Assembly: GCF_000143415.4 (NCBI RefSeq)
Contig: NW_003314308.1
Location: 972,654 to 1,036,653 of the forward strand
Source of the DNA: Selaginella moellendorffii
Taxonomy: Eukaryota > Plantae > Lycopodiophyta
Length of the DNA: 64,000 bases
Direction: 5' to 3'
Positions 59,163 to 64,000 of the stretch are shown one piece after another. How positions within the stretch are numbered: position 1 is the first letter of the stretch; every line of letters begins with the position of its first letter. The translations under genes and the position numbers were made by a program. The notes below the pieces were generated by a model, which was given only the letters and a program-made list of their open reading frames with translations, made no database searches and had not been told where the DNA came from.

Positions 59163-61097
59163 ATGAATAGAGCATTCGATTTTGCCGGACCTTGGGCAAT
59201 CGCAGCAAGAGTCCATCCAAGCCACAAGAAAAAATGGAAACTAATTGTGTCGTTGACGAGCGCACTCGATTGCGATTGTCCCGCCATTTGGAGTGCAGCT
59301 GTGCGATGGGGGATGTGTTTTCCCCGCCATGAAAACTTCGAAAACTTGAACCTGCCAGGACTTGAACCTCGGACGTCCCCATCATCCAACGGCCATGATG
59401 CGATGCGCGTTCTTGGCGTCCAAGAGCTTGCCGCCCTTGTCAGATCTTGCGACAATCCCAGCGATGGACGCCGGATCCACGCCCAGATCCTTCACAGCGA
59501 CCACAAGAACAGCGTCTTCCTGCGAAATCTCCTCGTCCAGATGTATGGCCGCTGCGGCTGCCTGGAGGAAGCGCGATCGGTCTTCGATTCTACCTCGGAT
59601 CGCAATCTCTTCTCTTGGAATCTCATCCTCCAGGCCTACATTCGCAACCAAGACCTGGAGCAGGCGCGATCGGTCCTGGAAAGCATGCCGCGGCAGGAGA
59701 TTGTGTCCAGCAATGCCATGATCTCGGCATACGCCGCAGCCGGGGACGTGCAGCGCGCCAAACAGCTCTTCGATCGCATCCCTGCCAAGAATTCCATCAC
59801 CTGGAACGCGATGATCGAGATGTACTCGCAGAGTGGCAATCTCGGCGACGCGGAGGCGGTATTCCACTCCATGCCGGAGCAAACCCTCGTTTCTAGCACT
59901 GCCATGATCGTGGCTTATGCCCATAACGGGCATGTCTCACGCGCTCGTGAGGTGTTCGATTCCTTGCCCCAAAAGGACGTGGTGGCGTGGACGGCCATGA
60001 TCCAAGGCCACTGCCAGAACCAGAGGCTGGATGAAGCTAAAGATCTCTTTGATAGAATGCCCACAAGAAATGTAGTAACATGGACGACCATGATCACAGC
60101 ATATGCCCAGGCAGGGCATATGGAGCAAGCAAAGATTCTCTTTGAAGATGCCCCGGATCTTAATGAGGTGGCATTTACGGCTATGATCGACGGCTACGCA
60201 TCTAATGGCTGCGTGGAAGAGGCTAAAGCTTTGTTTGAGAGTCTGCCAAAAAAAGACGTGGTGGCTTGGAACTCCATGCTTTGCGCATATGCCTTGAATG
60301 GGCATTTGGACGAGGCTCTGAATTTTTTCCAAAAGATGGCTCACCACGACGAGATCTCTTGGACGACAATGATCCACATGCTCGCCTCTAGAAACCATCT
60401 TGAAAATGCAAAGTTTATTTTCGATCAAATGCCTTACAATAGCAAGATGGCGAGCACAGCACTCCTCTCGGCCTATCTTTGGAACGGCCACATCCACGAA
60501 GCGATGAGCCTCTTCCAGGCGATCGAGGAGCGCGATGTGATTGCCTGGATGGCAATGGTGGTGGGCTTCGCTCGCAAGGGACTCCTCTTGGAAGCTCAAG
60601 TTTGGTTCGAGAGAATGCCAGAGCAAGACTTGGTCTCATGGACTGCAGTGGTGGCCATGTATGCTTCCACTGGGCATGTAACCGAGGCCTTGGAAACCTT
60701 CCATAGGATCATCCAGGAGAGCACGATGCCCGATCACATCATCTTTACGAGCGTGCTTGCAGCATGCCGCCACTCGGGTGTGATGAAAATCTCTCGGGAT
60801 TACTTCCAATCGATGATCCAGGACTATGGAGTCGAGCCCACAGGTGACCACTACTGCGGGCTTGTCGACGCATTTGCAAGGGCTGGAGAGCTGGACAAGG
60901 CTGAAGAGCTCATCCACAGCATGCCCTTCGAGCCCGAGAGTGTTGCTTGGGTCTCGCTACTGGCTGCTTACAAAGATCCCCAGTGTGGAGCTCGAGCGGC
61001 CCAGAGACTCTCGGTGTTGGGGTTGGCATCACAGTCGAATTTTTACATGCTGCTCGGCCAGAATTATATTAACTTAATTTCATTACCATTAAGTTAG
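59163..61097 (+). CDS. PLS-class PPR protein with E domain and no DYW (organellar RNA-editing specificity factor); true start uncertain
   Basis: GRRIHAQI..NLLVQMYGRCGCLEEARSVFD, many 31-aa repeats, VLAACRHSG, HYCGLVDAFARAG, MPFEPESVAWVSLL and YMLL. Confidence 0.9.
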   Translation: MNRAFDFAGPWAIAARVHPSHKKKWKLIVSLTSALDCDCPAIWSAAVRWGMCFPRHENFENLNLPGLEPRTSPSSNGHDAMRVLGVQELAALVRSCDNPSDGRRIHAQILHSDHKNSVFLRNLLVQMYGRCGCLEEARSVFDSTSDRNLFSWNLILQAYIRNQDLEQARSVLESMPRQEIVSSNAMISAYAAAGDVQRAKQLFDRIPAKNSITWNAMIEMYSQSGNLGDAEAVFHSMPEQTLVSSTAMIVAYAHNGHVSRAREVFDSLPQKDVVAWTAMIQGHCQNQRLDEAKDLFDRMPTRNVVTWTTMITAYAQAGHMEQAKILFEDAPDLNEVAFTAMIDGYASNGCVEEAKALFESLPKKDVVAWNSMLCAYALNGHLDEALNFFQKMAHHDEISWTTMIHMLASRNHLENAKFIFDQMPYNSKMASTALLSAYLWNGHIHEAMSLFQAIEERDVIAWMAMVVGFARKGLLLEAQVWFERMPEQDLVSWTAVVAMYASTGHVTEALETFHRIIQESTMPDHIIFTSVLAACRHSGVMKISRDYFQSMIQDYGVEPTGDHYCGLVDAFARAGELDKAEELIHSMPFEPESVAWVSLLAAYKDPQCGARAAQRLSVLGLASQSNFYMLLGQNYINLISLPLS

Positions 61098-61199
61098 GGC
61101 TCACATTCTTTCTATCTTTGTTCAAAGTTATGAAGAGGTTGGGGGGACATCGCCACCAAAGAAAAGCACAAAAAAGTAAAGTTGTCATATGATTCCTTG

Positions 61200-61570
61200 C
61201 TGCTACCGCCAACTTTTGAGAAGAAACCCACACTAGTGTTGGACATGGACAAGACACTAATCCATGCCCATAGCATCCCTTAGGCTCTTTAGTGGGAAAA
61301 TTATTCCATTGGAGCATTACCATGTTGCAAAGAGGCCGGGCATGGATAACTTTCTGAAAGAGATGTGTAAAATATATAAGATTGTGGTTTTTACTCAAGC
61401 AAAGAAGCCATATGTAGACAAGATCTTGGATAGGCTTGACCTAACTGAGAATTTCTTTGCCCATCATTTGTACAGAGATTCATGCTTGCCCAAGGAAGTT
61501 AAAAGGAAAAAGGTTGTGAAAGATCTTTTAAGACTAGGGTGGGATTTCAAACACATAGTGATTGTAGCCC
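61200..61570 (+). pseudogene. SCP/NIF-family CTD small phosphatase-like pseudogene
   Basis: KPTLVLDMDKTLIH (degenerate DLDET), then a frameshift, VAKRPGMDNFL..IVVFT..YVDKILDRLD..LYRDSC..VKDLLRLGWDFKHIVIV. Truncated. Confidence 0.8.
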
Positions 61571-61854
61571 AACAATGGAATTGTCGTTGTGCATTCAAAA
61601 ACAAGAAAAGGCATAAATATTATAAATTGAAAACAATAAGCAATCTGCTTAAAAAATTGCAAGTGTTGAAAATATAACACAAAAAAAGTTAGAAAAAAAG
61701 AAACTCATGTAAAGATAATGCTATAATACTGCTCACTCTAAATTGATTGTGGCATTGTTTCCATCAGGAAAACAATGTCCAATAATCATAATTAGAAAAG
61801 CATCTCCTGATTAATAGCATTCATTATTTGAGAGCCAATCGATAATTGTGATAT

Positions 61855-62770
61855 TTAAGCAGCAGTGTCATCCACAAAGAGCCAATCGATATACTTTTGC
61901 AGAGAGAATTCAACGCAGCTCTTTGCGTTTTCTTCAATCTCTGTCTTGAAATGCACCATAGACGATTATCCTTTTAGCGTGGCTTGACAAGAGTGGCACA
62001 TAGTTTGGATACGATCTCATTATGCTCACTGTTTTGTTGTCCATCCCCACCTACAAATCAAACATGGAGTGAGGAAAACAAAACGAAAACAAAGCTTGTA
62101 AACAAGAGAAGTTTATACCAGTAAGATATCTCTAGTGAATAAAACACCCCTCTCTTGAGCTCCATGAGACCAGTGGAGGATTTGAGCACCAGCAAAATGG
62201 CCACCTAAATGTAAAAGCGTGAGTCCCTCCCATAGCTGGAATGTTTTGCCCTTCCAGAACTTAACGTTTTCGTGCTGGTAAACCACCCATTTCTTATCCC
62301 TGCCGAAGTATCTACAGAGAGATCGAAATGAAAGAGAGAAACAAAGGTAGACAGTACCAATATACCGGGACACCTCCGATGTGGCATCATCTAGAAATGA
62401 GATGCAGTTCCACAGTATGTTTCCCTCTATCAAAAACATAAAAACCATTAAAAAAAAATGCACAACTGCCAGAGTCTGGATGAGAAACGCACGCTGTCCA
62501 ATTCCAAACTTTGGAAAGGTTATGATCTCGAAGACCTGCGGCTCATGCTTCTTGAAACCATTGCGAAACTGCAATCTCATCTTGCTCATGGACGTCCACT
62601 AAATCTAGAAGTCAGAAAAACTCGAGGGCAAAAATCTTAGATGGGCATACCTGGAACGAACTGGCGATCATTGGAGCAGATAATACAGGACGAAGGCGGG
62701 CCTTGGCAGGATGTTGGAGGGAACTCCACCCCACAAGTATTACAAATATGACCCAATTTTGTTACAATAC
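61855..62770 (-). pseudogene. YmaE-type metallo-beta-lactamase-fold hydrolase gene, spliced, with internal deletions
   Basis: HICNTCGVEF..CIICSNDRQFVP | WTSM..PKFGIGQRAFLIQT | EGNILWNCISFLDD | LHLGGHFAGAQILHW..GVLFTRDIL | VSIMRSYPNYVPL..VYGAF. The ISHPH metal-binding segment is absent and the last exon is frameshifted. Confidence 0.7.
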
Positions 62771-62918
62771 CGCTAAATACCTCGAGGATTTCCGACCCAG
62801 ACGAATGGAGCGTTTGCCTCCATAAGTTTGAAATCCGAGAGTGTTAACAGGATTTTCATGGTATCGTTGTAGAAAGCAACAACGTCGTGCATTGCTTAGA
62901 AACATTAAGAGATAACTA

Positions 62919-63146
<228 letters not shown>

Positions 63147-63649
63147 CTATGGTCACCTGCGCGAGAATTTCACTCGTTTAGGTCTAAATGACTTTTCTTG
63201 GTCTTAGGACAGTCGTTTGATACGTAGATCGTATAGTAGATGTGCATTTCATGTAAGACAGTGCTGTGCTTTTGGAAAGGGCTGGTTTGTCCGATCATCA
63301 ACATAACCGAAAACACTTTTTGCTGTGAAACAACTGGAAAAGAAAAAGCAAGAAGAGAGCAAACGGACAAAGAGCTTACCGGATAGTCTGCCGCTGAGAC
63401 GCTCAGATGATATCTATCGCCCAATAAACCAGCCTGCTCTCTGGGAAAGTTGTGTCCAGGATGACGAGTTTGGCTCCGGGACTACACAAAGACAAGATGA
63501 TAGAGCTGTCAATTCATGAGCTCGCTGAACATACCGAGTTCTAAACCAATGCAAACACAGAAAGAACAAGAACCCACACTACGCAAGTGATGGAGTAGAA
63601 TTTTGTATGTGCATGTTCTTCCTGCTTTAATAACATCAGTCCAATTCAC

Positions 63650-63990
63650 AGCAATTCTTATTTGTCACGCTCAAACTCCATCAAACCCGGAGGATCCACT
63701 CCCAGATGCTGTACGGTGGCTACTCCATCTTCAATCTCCTCCTAGTATCTGTGAGATCTTCTAACGAATGGCAACAACTTTCAGATGAGATTTCCTAGGG
63801 CAGCTCCGAGCAGTAGGCCAGCGATGCGCGTTCTCCGTGATCGCCCCAATCTATTGTCATCGAAGCCGAAACGGGCATCTGGATCAAGCTCAATATGCCG
63901 TCCTTGATCAGTGAATCACTTGGACCGGGATGATAAATAGCATTTGCCTCGAACGGGAATCTGGATATCTGTTTCTCTTTGGGTTATGAC
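63650..63990 (+). pseudogene. Possible decayed PPR remnant
   Basis: Fragments TAILICHAQT and SRNGHLDQAQYAVLDQxITWTGMIN. Confidence 0.35.
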
Positions 63991-64000
63991 TACGCTTCAA

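Overview
Eukaryotic nuclear DNA from a compact land-plant genome. The 45-65 bp introns, GC-rich exons, genes packed under 150 bp apart and a PLS-type PPR gene suggest a lycophyte such as Selaginella (inference). Positions 1-18 kb are mostly AT-rich transposon debris: a decayed Helitron RepHel, an RPA70-like remnant, possible Ulp1/MULE remnants and GPAT and B-lectin gene fragments. This stretch also holds a ~3.5 kb segmental duplication of a His/Pro-rich extensin-like membrane protein gene, and the two copies differ by two micro-inversions. Positions 18-55 kb are gene dense: a LEA-like gene, phospholipase A1, a small secreted Cys/Arg-rich peptide, a nuclear group II intron maturase, an MDR-family oxidoreductase, MED15, COQ4, COM1/SAE2 with a truncated paralog, three P-type PPR genes, RPL11 and a CBE1-like gene. 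A MED15-COQ4-COM1 block occurs three times with complementary gene loss, separated by SufD and Ty3/Gypsy remnants. Positions 55-64 kb hold a germin-like gene, a PLS-E PPR gene, an SCP phosphatase pseudogene and a decayed YmaE-type metallo-beta-lactamase-fold gene. The most interesting observations are an apparently hybrid nMAT4/nMAT1 maturase, two PPR genes whose ATGs are 39 bp apart around a palindromic double telo-box, KIX-only and coiled-coil-only paralogs, and the small Cys-rich peptide. All family calls come from manual translation and recalled motifs; no database searches were run.
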